The position numbers and the translations under genes were made by a program. Source: Heterodontus francisci (taxonomy: Eukaryota). Taken from it: 64,000 nt of DNA. The DNA lies in the NCBI RefSeq assembly GCF_036365525.1, contig NC_090382.1, forward strand, positions 109,774,372-109,838,371, read 5' to 3'. The notes below the pieces were generated by a model that did no database searches, was not told the DNA's origin, and saw only the letters and a list, made by a program, of their open reading frames with translations. Shown here piece after piece: positions 24,201 through 36,191 of this stretch; within the stretch, counting starts at the first letter, position 1, and the number at the start of each line of letters is the position of its first letter.

Positions 24201-25149
24201 ATTTTTATAAATGACTTGGATGAGGATGTGGAAGGCTGGGTTAGCAAGTTTGCCGATGACACGACGGTTGCTGGAGTTGTGGATAGTGTGGAAGGCTGGT
24301 GTAGGTTGTAACGGGACATTGACAGGATGCAGAGCTGGGCTGAGAAGTGGCAGATGGAGTTCAACCTGGAAAAGTGTGAAGTGATTCATTTTGGAAGGTC
24401 GAATTTGAATGCGGAATACAGGCTTAAAGACAGGATTCTTGGTAGTGTGGAGGAACAGAGGGATCTTGGGGTCCATGTCCATAGATCGCTCAAAGTTGCC
24501 ACCCAAGTTGATAGGGTTGTTAAGAAGGCATATGGTGTGTTGGCTTTCATTAACAGGGGGATTGAGTTTAAGAGCCGCGAGGTTATGCTGCAGCTCTATA
24601 AGGTCCTGGTTCGACCACACTTGGAATATTGTGTTCAGTTCTGGTCGCCTCATTATAGGAAGGATGTGGAAGCTTTAGAGAGGGTGCAGAGGAGATTTAC
24701 CAGGATGCTGCCTGGACTGGAGGGCATGTCCTACGAAGACAGATTGAGGGAGCTAGGGCTTTTCTCATTGGAGCGTAGAAGGATGAGAGGTGACTTGATA
24801 GAGGGGTACAAGATGATGAGAGGCATAAATAGAGTGGATAGTCAGAGACTTTTTCCCAGGGTGGAAAGGGCTATTACCAGGGTGCATAATTTTAAGGTGA
24901 TTGGAGGAAGGTTTAGGGGAGATGTCAGAGGTAGGTTCTTTACACAGAGAGTGGTGGGTGCGTGGAATGCACTGCCAGCGGTGGTAGTAGAAGCAGATAC
25001 ATTAGGGGCATTTAAGCGACTCTTGGATAGGTACATGGATGATAGTAGAATGAAGGGTAGGTAGTTAGTTTGATGTTAGAGTAGGTTAAATGTTCGGCAC
25101 AACATCGTGGGCCGAAGGGCCTGTACTGTGCTGTACTGTTCTATGTTCT
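21246..25149 (+). mobile_element. Near full-length young CR1 (HER1-type) LINE: ORF1 Zn-finger/leucine zipper + SGNH esterase; ORF2 APE-RT
   Basis: ORF1 has CEKCTQLQLL..LELEL and esterase motifs GDSMVR, HIGTND and DGLHL. ORF2 (22188-25064) has FNARS, GDFN, SDH, QGSVLGP and FADD with one in-frame TAA at 24309-24311. Tail CTGTTCTATGTTCT. Confidence 0.95.
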
Positions 25150-25488
25150 GTGTGCAGCAAGATGTGCATCATTCAGGCTTGGGCTGATATGTGGCAACTA
25201 ACATTTGGACCACACAAGTGCCAGACAATGACCATCTCAAACAAGAGAGAATCTAACCATCTCCCCTGACATTTATTGGCATTACCATTGCTGAATCCCA
25301 CTCAACATCCTGAGGACTACCATTGACCAGAAACTTAAGGGCACAAGCTATATAAATACTGTGGCTACAAGAGCAGGTCAGAGGCTGGGAATTCTGCAGT
25401 GAGTAACTCACCTCCTGACTCCCCAAAGCCTGTCCATCATCTACAAGTCACAAGTCAAGAGTGTGATGGAATATTCATCATTTGCTTG

Positions 25489-26396
25489 TATTACGATTGA
25501 GGTGGGAGGAGTGCACTGTCTTTTCTAGTTCCACTTCTCCACAAGTCACAACATTTTAAAAAAATGTTTACCCAATTACTGATGCAGTCAGTCAATCATA
25601 TACTCTTTAACCCAGAATAAACAAAAAAAATTATCAGTTTATTATATAACAAGACTTAACCAGTAATGAAGCAAAGCATTAACACACAGATTGAAATATG
25701 AAAGTTCTCCTTTTTAAATACCCCACACACAAACTCTCACATACACTGACAAAATATAGAAATTCTCTCTGCAGAGGTCTGTTACAAAACAAAAGACAAA
25801 AGAATACTTTGGCGAAATACTTGCTCATTCTTGAAGAAAAAGATGTCAACTGTCCATTTTTGGTCTGGCATCCCAAATACACGTAGAGGCTGTCAGTGGG
25901 ATCTTTCTAAAGCACTTCTTTTCAGGCGACGTTGAGGATCAGTTTGGCAGGCTCTCCAGGAGAAATGCAACATCAGTTTCTCTATTTCTTACACTTGATT
26001 CTCAGGAAGTTCTCAAGAGATGGAAGAGGGTGAGCTGATGGTGGCTGCTCTCTTGGCTGGTTTTCTCCAACTGTCTTCAAAACATCCCAACACACTGTCC
26101 AAAATGAAACCAAAAACAAATATCTCAAAAGTCAAGCCTCCTGACCCCTATAAATCTTGACCTGTCACTTCTCTGTAAACATCTTCCCCAGGTCAAAAAG
26201 GTTTCTGTTGTTTATTGCTTAAAGCACATGACTTCCGGCAAGGCCGTTTTTAAACAACATCTCAGTGTCCTGTGAACAACAAAGCAAAGTCCAACTTCTA
26301 TGAAATCTTCAGCCTTCCAATGAATCCATCTTCACAATTTAAATATAGGTCCTCAAAAACATAGTTAACAAAGAATATAGAAGCACTTTCGTAACA
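25489..26396 (-). mobile_element. Solo LTR
   Basis: Termini TATTACGA...TCGTAACA with a 4-bp TSD CTTG (25485-25488, 26397-26400). Homologous in reverse orientation to the LTR at 36192-37628. Confidence 0.85.
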
Positions 26397-28246
26397 CTTG
26401 GATGAGTGCAGCTCCAACAACACTCAGGAAGTTTAACACCATCCAAGAAAAAGCAGCCCTGCTTGATCGGCACCTGATCCACCACCTTGAACATTCACTC
26501 CATCCACCACCGACGCGCTGTGGAAATTGTTTCAGTTGGTACCACCCATGGTCAGAAGTACTTCTTTACAGTAAATGATTATCAACTGGAACAACAATAA
26601 TGGTTGATGAAGTCTGGGACAGCAGTTAGAATGTAGAACTTGTTACCACCTGAAGTAGTTGAGGCAAAAAGCATTGATGCCTTTCAGGGGAAGCTAAATA
26701 AACCCATGAGGGTGGGAGGAAGCTGGCATGGATCAGTTTGGCTGAATTCTCTGTTGTAATTCTATATAAATGTGAGATGATGGAGGATGGGGAAGCAGGG
26801 TTATTGGAACCTTTTGAAATCAAAGTCACATGTTCTAGTTTAACACCAACTTATGTTAATTGAACTCACCCTTAAAGGTAAATGTATGCTAAACTGTCTT
26901 GCAGTCAATGTGTTTTTGATCAGTCTGAAATAATGGTTAGGAATATTCCATGTTTCTTGTCCATCTGCCTCTGGTTTCTCTTCCTAGAGATCAAGAAAAA
27001 GGTTTCAGTGTGGAGTGCTCTTCCTATCAGCAATAGTGTTGATTTTTGCCTTTATCACTTATAGATTCATCTTCCAAATTTCGCAAAACATTCAAAGCTC
27101 TGCTACCTGCATCCTGTTCCACACACAGCCCCATTCCTTTGACAAAATTGGTTCCCTATCTCCCCTCAAATTGAATATAACGTAAGAAATAGGAACTGGA
27201 GTAGGACATTTGGCCCTTTGAGCCTCCTCTGCAATTCAATAAGGTCACGGCTGATGAGCTACCTTAAAGCCATCTTCCTGCACTATCCTCATATCCTGAA
27301 TGCCCTTAGTATGCAAAAATCTGTTGACCTCTGAATTGAATGTACTCAACGACTGAGGATCCATAGCTTGAATTTAATGTTCTTGTCCACAAATCCCACC
27401 CTACCTCGGCATCCTTTTCCAGCCTTCTGTATCTGCCCATCCTCCAGTCCTTTTGACATCGCCCTACTATGGCTACTTCCTTCCAACCTACTAATGGATG
27501 GCCTCGTTCTTGGACCTTATTGAATAACAGCTGCTGCGGAAAAGCCGTAAGTGGAGTTACTCAACTGCAGCAGACTCAACCTTTTCATTAAATGTCACAT
27601 GATCTGGCATCACAGTCAGAATGTCATGTGATCAAATCTTCAGGAGAACCTCTAACCTACATTGGCAACCTTATGCTACAATATATATCAATGCAATCTA
27701 TATTAATGACTTATGGAGTGACTGAGTGTCATGTACCAAGTTTGTTGACGATATAAAGCTAGGTTGGAAAGAAATCTAAGAGGACACAAAGAGTCTGCGA
27801 AGGGATAATGGCAGGTTACGTGAGTGGGCAACAAGGTGGGAAATGTGAGGTTATTCACTTTGGTAGGAAGAATAGAATACAATGAATATTTTTAAATGGT
27901 AATAAACTATGAAATGCTGGTGTTCAGAGGGATTTGGGTGTCCTTGAATAGGAAACATGCAGACAGAAAACAAGTCGGAGGGCTAATATTATGTTAGTCT
28001 TTATTCCGAGCAGGCTTGAGTACAGGAGTGAGGAAGTCTTGCAGCATTGTACAGGGCTTTGGTGAGACCAGATCTGAAGTAATATGTACAATTTTGATCT
28101 CCTTGTGGAAGGAAGGATATACGTGCCTTAGATGGGGTGCAATGAAGTTTTACTTGAGTGATTCCAATGGTTGTCCTATGAGGAGAGATTTAGTAGAATG
28201 GGCCTACATTCTCTGGAGTTCAGAAGAATGAGAGGTAATCTCATTG

Positions 28247-28295
28247 GCGCCGGCTTTAGCTCAGTGGTTACTTCGATTTCATTCAAATCACTTTA
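28247..28295 (+). ncRNA. Vault RNA 5' fragment (retrocopy)
   Basis: GCCGGCTTTAGCTCAGTGGTTACTTCGA closely matches the conserved vertebrate vault RNA 5' stem/box A (mammalian GGCYRGCTTTAGCTCAGCGGTTACTTCGA). The vault box B and 3' stem are absent. Confidence 0.8.
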
Positions 28296-28636
28296 GGGCG
28301 GCACAGTGGCGCAGTGGTTAGCACCGCAGCCTCACAGCTCCAGTGACCTGGGTCCAATTCTGGGTACTGCTTGTGCGGAGTTTGCAAGTTCTCCCTGTGA
28401 CTGCGTGGGTTTTCGCCGGGTGCTCTGGTTTCCTCCCACAGCCAAAGATTTGCAGGTTGATAGGTAAATTGACCATTATAAATTGTCCCTAGTATAGGTA
28501 GGTGGTGTGGGGATGTGGTAGGAATATGGGATTAATGTAGGATTAGTATAAATGGGTGGTTGATGGTCGGCACAGACTCGGTGGGCCGAAGGGCCTGTTT
28601 CAGTGCTGTACCTCTAAATAAATAGAAAAAAATAAA
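28296..28636 (+). mobile_element. HE1-type SINE, full length
   Basis: GGGCGGCACAGTGGCGCAGTGGTTAGCAC head, CR1-like tail and A-rich end. Confidence 0.9.
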
Positions 28637-29184
28637 AATCTCATTGAAACATAAGATTCTGAGAGGGTTTGACAGGGTAAATGCTGTTTCCCCTGTCTGG
28701 AGTGTCTAGAACTAGGGGGGCGTAGTCTCAGCATAAGGTGTTGGCTGTTTAGGACTGAGATAGGAGAAATTTCTGCACTCAGATGATTGTGAATCTTTGG
28801 AATTCTCTACCTCAGAGGACTGTATGTTTTTGAGTATCTGCAAGGCTGAGATTGATAGATTTTTGGACTCCCAAAGAATCTAGGAATATGGGGATTGGGT
28901 GGCAAAATGGAGTAGAGGTCAAAGATCGGCCAGGATCTGATTGCAGAACAGGCTCGAGGGGCCTAATGGGCTAATCCTGTTCCCACTTCATATGTTCCTA
29001 TGTTCATAGGTTTCCGGTCACTCCATTCTTAGAGGATAGAACTTGCAGTCATAGCAGCTCATAACCTTTCTTTTATAAGTGCCACAGCGGAACAGAATTA
29101 TTTTATACCAAAACAAAATACTGTGGATGCTGGTAACCTGAAATAACATTTAGCTGTTAGTTTGACACAGAAGCTGGTCCTCCC

Positions 29185-29344
29185 ATTTCTATAGGGGGCG
29201 CTATGATTTTCGAAAGGCCCTCCAATTTCAGGGTGCCTCTTGTCCGCTCCACACTATCATTGGCGCGGGGGCTCGGCTCGGTTGACGGTGGCCAGGCGGG
29301 CTCCGTGCAACAGCTTGGTGTCGGGCGGCTGGAGAGGAGTCAGG
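29185..29344 (+). promoter_or_regulatory. zmat2 CpG-rich promoter/5'UTR
   Basis: Local CpG enrichment, CCAAT/ATTGG boxes (~29222, ~29259), an AGGGGGCGCT motif (29193-29202), and YY1-like GATGGCG at the start codon. Confidence 0.55.
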
Positions 29345-29362
29345 ATGGCGTCGGGGAGCGGG
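29345..29362 (+). CDS. zmat2: Zinc finger matrin-type protein 2, coding exon 1 (MASGSG)
   Basis: ATGGCGTCGGGGAGCGGG|gtgagt matches the ZMAT2 N-terminus. Confidence 0.9.
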
Positions 29363-29497
29363 GTGAGTCTGAGGGCCGCTGCTGGTTGTTGCGAGTAACT
29401 GGCCGCCGGGTTTATGTGGTGTGGAGGCCTCGGAACTGCCGACTGCGATAGTCCCGGCCTCCGCCAACAGTTGCCCCGCAATAAACAAACATCAACC

Positions 29498-32400
29498 GGA
29501 GGGAGGGTAACTGGAGGGAGGACGGAGGGAGAATGGAGGGAGGGTAACTGGAGGGAGAGCGGAGGGAGGGTAACTGGAGGGAGAGCGGAGGGAGGGAGGG
29601 TAACTGGAGGGAGAGCGGAGGGAGGGAGGGTAACTGGAGGGAGAGCGGAGGGAGGGAGGGTAACTGGAGGGAGAGCGGAGGGAGGGTAACTGGAGGGAGA
29701 GCGGAGGGAGAATGGAGGGAGGGTAACTGGAGGGAGAGCGGAGGGAGGGTAACTGGAGGGAGAGCGGAGGGAGGGAGAACGGAGGGAGGGTAACTGGAGG
29801 GAGAGCGGAGGGAGGGTAACTGGAGGGAGAGCGGAGGGAGGGTAACTGGAGGGAGAGCGGAGGGAGGGTAACTGGAGGGAGAGCGGAGGGAGGGAGAGCG
29901 GAGGGAGAGCGGAGGGAGGGAGAGCGGAGGGAGAACGGAGGGAGGGTAACTGGAGGGAGAACGGAGGGAGGGTAACTGGAGGGAGAACGGAGGGAGGGTA
30001 ACTGGAGGGAGAGCGGAGGGAGGGTAACTGGAGGGAGAGCGGAGGGAGGGTAACTGGAGGGAGAGCGGAGGGAGGGTAACTGGAGGGAGAGCGGAGGGAG
30101 AATGGAGGGAGGGTAACTGGAGGGAGAGCGGAGGGAGAACGGAGGGAGGGTAACTGGAGGGAGAGCGGAGGGAGGGAGAACGGAGGGAGGGTAACTGGAG
30201 GGAGAGCGGAGGGAGGGTAACTGGAGGGAGAGCGGAGGGAGGGTAACTGGAGGGAGAGCGGAGGGAGGGTAACTGGAGGGAGAGCGGAGGGAGGGTAACT
30301 GGAGGGAGAACGGAGGGAGAACGGAGGGAGGGAGAACGGAGGGAGGGTAACTGGAGGGAGAGCGGAGGGAGGGAGAATGGAGGGAGGGTAACTGGAGGGA
30401 GAGCGGAGGGAGGGTAACTGGAGGGAGAGCGGAGGGAGGGTAACTGGAGGGAGAGCGGAGGGAGGGAGAGCGGAGGGAGGGTAACTGGAGGGAGAGCGGA
30501 GGGAGGGTAACTGGAGGGAGGGAGAATGGAGGGAGGGTAACTGGAGGGAGAGCGGAGGGAGAACGGAGGGAGGGTAACTGGAGGGAGAGCGGAGGGAGAA
30601 CGGAGGGAGGGAGAACGGAGGGAGAGCGGAGGGAGGGAGAACGGAGGGAGGGTAACTGGAGGGAGAGCGGAGGGAGGGTAACTGGAGGGAGAGCGGAGGG
30701 AGGGTAACTGGAGGGAGAGCGGAGGGAGGGTAACTGGAGGGAGAGCGTAGGGAGAACGGAGGGAGGGTAACTGGAGGGAGAACGGAGGGAGGGTAACTGG
30801 AGGGAGAACGGAGGGAGGGTAACTGGAGGGAGAATGGAGGGAGGGTAACTGGAGGGAGAGCGGAGGGAGAACGGAGGGAGGGAGAATGGAGGGAGGGTAA
30901 CTGGAGGGAGAGCGGAGGGAGGGAGAATGGAGGGAAGGTAACTGGAGGGAGAGCGGAGGGAGGGAAGGTAACTGGAGGGAGAGCGGAGGGAGGGAAGGTA
31001 ACTGGAGGGAGAGCGGAGGGAGGGAAGGTAACTGGAGGGAGAGCGGAGGGAGGGAAGGTAACTGGAGGGAGAGCGGAGGGAGGGAAGGTAACTGGAGGGA
31101 GAGCGGAGGGAAGGTAACTGGAGGGAGAGCGGAGGGAAGGTAACTGGAGGGAGAGCGGAGGGAGGGTAACTGGAGGGAGAGCGGAGGGAGGGTAACTGGA
31201 GGGAGAGCGGAGGGAGGGTAACTGGAGGGAGAGCGGAGGGAGGGTAACTGGAGGGAGAGCGGAGGGAGGGTAACTGGAGGGAGAGCGGAGGGAGGGTAAC
31301 TGGAGGGAGAGCGGAGGGAGGGTAACTGGAGGGAGAGCGGAGGGAGGGTAACTGGAGGGAGAGCGGAGGGAGGGTAACTGGAGGGAGAGCGGAGGGAGGG
31401 TAACTGGACCGAGAGCGGAGGGAGGGTAACTGGACCGAGAGCGGAGGGAGGGTAACTGGACCGAGAGCGGAGGGAGGGTAACTGGACCGAGAGCGGAGGG
31501 AGGGTAACTGGACCGAGAGCGGAGGGAGGGTAACTGGACCGAGAGCGGAGGGAGGGTAACTGGACCGAGAGCGGAGGGAGGGTAACTGGACCGAGGGTAA
31601 CTGGAGGGAGGGAGAGCGGAGGGAGGGTAACTGGAGGGAGGGAGAGCGGAGGGCGGGTAACTGGAGGGAGAGCGGAGGGCGGGTAACTGGAGGGAGGGCG
31701 GGTAACTGGAGGGAGGGTGGAGGGAGGGAGAGTAACTGGAGGGAGAGCGGAGGGAGGGTAACTGGAGGGGGAGCGGAGGGAGGGTGGGTAACTGGAGGGG
31801 GAGCGGAGGGAGGGTGGGTAACTGGAGGGGGAGCGGAGGGAGGGAGGGTAACTGGAGGGGGAGCGGAGGGAGGGAGGGTAACTGGAGGGAGAGGGGAGGG
31901 AGGGTAACTGGAGGGAGAGGGGAGGGAGGGAGGGTAACTGGAGGGAGAAGGGAGGGAGGGTAACTGGAGGGGAGGGAGGGTAACTGGAGGGAGAGCGGAG
32001 GGAGGGAGGGTAACTGGAGGGAGAGCGGAGGGAGGGAGGGTAACTGGAGGGAGAGCGGAGGGAGAGGGTAACTGGAGGGAGGGCGGAGGGAGGGAGGATT
32101 ACTGGAGGGAGGGTAACTGGAGGGGGCGCGGGGGGAGGGGGCGAGTAGTGGGGGAGCTGGAGGGAGGTGCGAGAGCTGGAGTGGGAGCGGAGGGAGGGTA
32201 ACTGGAGGGGGAGCGGGGGGAGGGTATCTGGAGGGGGAGCGGGGGGAGGGGCGAGAGCTGGTGGGGAGCTGGAGGGAGGGGCGAGAGCTGGAGGGGGATC
32301 GGAGGGAGGGTAACTGGAGGGGGAGCGGGGGGAGGGTAACTGGAGGGGGAGCGGGAGGAGGGGCCAGAGCTGGTGGGGGAGCTGGAGGGAGGGGCGAGAG

Positions 32401-32690
32401 CTGGAGTGGGAGCGGAGGGAGGGGAGAGAGCTGGGGCGAGAGCTGGAGGGGGAGGGCAGGGAAAGGAGAGTGCTGGAGGGGAGGGAGGGGAGATAACGAG
32501 TGAAAACGGGGGAGGGCATAACGGGGGGAGAGCGGGGACGGGGAATAATTGGCGGGACAGCGAGGGGATAACGAGGGAGAGTGGAGGGTGGGTAACTGGA
32601 GGGAGAGCCGAGATGGGGATAATGAGTCAAAAGGGAGGGGGGAGTGACTGGTGGGAGTGCGGAGAGGGTGGGGGGTGGTCGATAACTGGA
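29498..32690 (+). repeat. Purine-rich minisatellite, ~26-bp unit GGAGGGAGGGTAACTGGAGGGAGAGC
   Basis: Directly visible tandem array with variant blocks; degenerate after ~32100. Confidence 0.95.
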
Positions 32691-32759
32691 GAGGGAAATA
32701 AATAAAAAAGGGGCCACTATTATTTCTCATTGTGAAATGTTTTCGGAAATGTCTGAACA

Positions 32760-35700
32760 GGCAGGGGCTCTTGAGAAGGTTGAAAGAAGCACTGATAGAG
32801 GTCTTTAAGATTAGAAAAGGCTTGATAGAGCAGGCGTAAGGATGATGTTTCCAGCTGTGGGTGAGTCCAAAGCTAGGAGGACATAAATATAAAATAGTTC
32901 CAATGAGGATTTCAGGAGAGGCTTCTTTCCACCAAGCGTGGTTAGAATGTGGAACTTGGTACCACAGGGATAAGTTAAGGCGAATAGTGAAGATATATTT
33001 AAGGGGAAGTTTGATAAATAACTCTCGGGAGAAATGGAATAGACGGATATGTTGATGGGGTGAGAGGAGGCTTGTGTGGAACAAACATGGGCATAGACCT
33101 ATTGGGCTGAATGGCCTGTTTTTGTGCTGTAATGCCATGTTATGAATGGGCAAAAAATTGAATGTTTTCTTCTTTTGAACTATTTGTTTGGAATGAATCT
33201 CGTGCACTGTTATTGATTAAGAAAGGACAAACTTGTATTTCTGTAACTCCTGTCATGTCCTCTGGAAAATCCATAGTGCTTCTTAGCCAGGGAATCACTG
33301 TTATCGTGAAGGCAGATACGGCAGCTAAGCTGTGCACAGCAAGATCCCACAAGGGAGAAAACCCCTCAATTGCCAAGGGAATGAAAGGTCAAATTTACTC
33401 ATTAACATGTTAATAGAAGATACTTGCACAGAAAATTATACTTTGGTTGGGGAGGGGCAAGCAAATTCAAAAATGAGCCCTGATTCTAGTTACAAAAAAA
33501 TGAGGGATTTGAGCACAGGAACAGGATGAGGCCATTCAGCCCCTTGAGCCTGTTCCACCTGTTCAGTGAGACAATGGCTGATCTGCGACCTAACTCTACG
33601 TACCTGCCTTTGCTGCATATCCCTTAATACTTTTGGTTGACAAAAATCTTATAGATCTTAGTTTTAAAACTGATCCAGTTCATCTAGTATCAATTATTGT
33701 TTATGGAAGAGAGTTCCAAACTTCTAAAACCCTTTACATATAGAAGTGTTTCTTAATTTCCTTCCTGAAAGATGTGGCTCTAATTTTTCGAACTATGCCC
33801 CCTAATCTTAGACTCCCCAACCAGCAGGAATAGTTTCTCTCTATCTACCCTATCTGCTCCCCTTAAAACGAAGATCAAATCACCATTTAATCTTCTAAAC
33901 TCCAGGAAATACAACGCTTGTTTTTTGTAATCTCTCCTCGTAATTTAATCCTTGGAACTTATTTTGGGAGGGCAGGAATGCTTAGGTTTATCTGTAAATA
34001 TATATTGTATTCTCTGCACTAATTGCAAGAAAAAGATCATTTAAAGGGGCATTATGTTGAGATTTTGCTTTTCCCTAATCGCAGCGCTCAATCACATGTT
34101 TTAAAGCTGAAGCCTTGAGCTGTACACCATTGGAATTCAACAAGTATCTAGTCTCAGAAGGATGACAAAACAATTCAGCACATTGCAGATTTTACCCCCT
34201 CCCCATTTCCCGTAAATTGGAAGTTTTAGAATGAACATGTAAATCAGCTAAAATAAAAGCAAAATACTGCAGATGCTGGAAATCTGAAATAAAAAAGTGC
34301 TGGAAATACTCAGCAGGTCAGGCAGCATCTGTGGAGAAAGAAGCAGAGTTAAAGTTTCAGGTCTGTGACCTTTCATTAGAATTGAACTCAGCTATTTCAT
34401 CTGCCTTGGAGATCCCGGTAGGTGAACCCACAGCAACATAGGAGCAGGAGTAGGCCCTTCAGCCTGTCGAGCCTGCTCTGCCATTCAATTAGATCATGGC
34501 TGATCAGCTACCTCAGTGCCACTTCCCTGTGCTATCGCCATATCCCAATGGGAATTATTCATGGAGGCTTGGAGAATGAGAGACGTATTCTAAAATGCAT
34601 GAATGTTGCCTTGCAGTTGAATTTTGGAATTGTCAAGTTAAAAGCAGCCTGGTTATTTGGTACCCCATCCACTACTGGGGCACAGTGGCAGCAGTGTGTA
34701 CCATCTATGAGATGCACTGCAGCAAATTGCTAAGGTTTCTTCAACAGCACCTTTCAAATCCACAACCTCTACCACCTAAAAGGACAAGGGCATCAGATGA
34801 ATGGGAGATCCCCTCCAATTCACATGCCATCCTAACTTGGAATTATATCTTCATTCCTTCATTGTTGCTGGATTACAATCCTGGAACTCCCTCTCTCAGA
34901 GAGTACCTTCACCACATGGACTGCAGCGGTTCAAGAAAGTGGCTCGCCACCACCTTCACAAAGACAGTTAGGGATGGGCAGTAAATACTGGCCTTGCCAG
35001 CGACACCCACATCCCATGAATGAATTTTTTAAAAAAGCTTTATTAAAGGTGAAATGTTAGACTGGTGATTGAAGGGGACGAAAAGGACAATATGAAGCGA
35101 GAGGGAATGAATGAGGTGGGGTTGGTTAGTGGGCAATAAATGGGGAGGAAAACAAATAAGAGAAAGCAATAAATAGGGTACGGGGATAAAAGGGAAATAC
35201 CCTGAAATTTAACAAACGAATCAACACGCTGGGGCTCTTTTCTCCAGAAAGGAGAAGGCTGAGGGTTGACGTAATAGAGTTGTCTAAAATTATGAAGGGG
35301 TTCGATAGGGTAGAGAAGATATTTCCAATTGTGGGGGAGTCCAAAATTAGGGATTGTGAATATAAAATAGTCACTAATAAATCCAATAGGGAATTCGAGA
35401 AACTTCCTTATCCAGAGAGTGGTGAGAATGTGAAACTCCCTACCAAGGAGTAGTTGAGGTGACTAACATCGATCTATTTAAGGGAAAGCGAGATAAATGC
35501 ATGAGGGAGAAAGTAATAGAGGGTTATACTGAAGCACATAATGATGGCCAATCACAGGCTACAAAGGAGGTTTTATCATAGAAGGTAGACTCATTACAGC
35601 CCCTCCAGATGCCTCCCTACTTCATCTCCCTAGGTTTTACCCCATTCATACTGCTTCTATTGGCAGTACTCCCATATGCATCCCATTCCACAACCCTTCA

Positions 35701-36190
35701 CCCACTTTCATTACTAGTCCTTATCAAGATGCCCCTAGGCCTGCTACTTATTATGGTCCCAAAGCATGTTTGATTTAGCCAATCATTTTTTTTTAAAAAG
35801 AGTTTCCGGTTAGGAGGGTCATAAAGTGAATCTAAATGCAAACATGGTGCAGAAGCAGCTACTCACACCTGTACAGAGAAATTTTCAGCCTTTAGATGGG
35901 AGAAGCTGGGCTTGTCCCGCTTAGAACAGAGAAGGTTAAAGGGAGATTTGATAGAGGTGTTCAAAATCATGAACCATTTTGCTAGGGTATATAAGGAGAT
36001 ACTGTTTTCAGTGACAGGAGGGTCAGTATCCAGAGGACAAACAGATTTAAGATAACTGGAAAATGAACTGGATGTGAGATGAGGAGTGTTTTTGAGCAAT
36101 GATTTATGATCTGGAATGCATTGCCTGAAAGGGTGAAGGAAACAGATTCAGGAGTAACTTTCAAAAGGGAATTGGATAAATATTTGATAA
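32760..36190. mobile_element. Mosaic of old CR1, family A, DeuSINE and Penelope fragments
   Basis: CR1 3' pieces (32760-33140 +, 33515-33960 -, 35230-35530 +, 35890-36190 +), Penelope (34250-34385 -), and family A (34645-35035 +). Confidence 0.7.
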
Positions 36191-36191
36191 G

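Larger units (their letters stand above)
19690..26520 (+). mobile_element. Old family A LINE host copy interrupted by three younger insertions
   Basis: Collinear family A segments at 19690-20030, 20205-21245, 25150-25488 and 26397-26520. Confidence 0.8.
27690..29005 (+). mobile_element. Degenerate CR1 3' part (host of the vault-SINE insertion)
   Basis: RT C-terminal remnants. Removing the insertion rejoins AGAAGAATGAGAGGTAATCTCATTGAAACATAAGATTCTG, typical CR1 'RRMRGDLIET' sequence. Confidence 0.8.

Noticed and set aside
28247-28400. Functional complete vault RNA gene
   Set aside because: There is no vault box B, 3' stem or T-run terminator after the 5' part, and it lies within a TSD-flanked insertion.
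29498-32100. CRISPR-like array
   Set aside because: The units are head-to-tail without unique spacers, there are no cas genes, and the context is a eukaryotic intron.
29257-33207. 1316-aa and 1101-aa Pro/Ser/Leu-rich minus-strand ORFs
   Set aside because: They are translations of the C-rich strand of the minisatellite, open in several frames because the unit has no stops on that strand.
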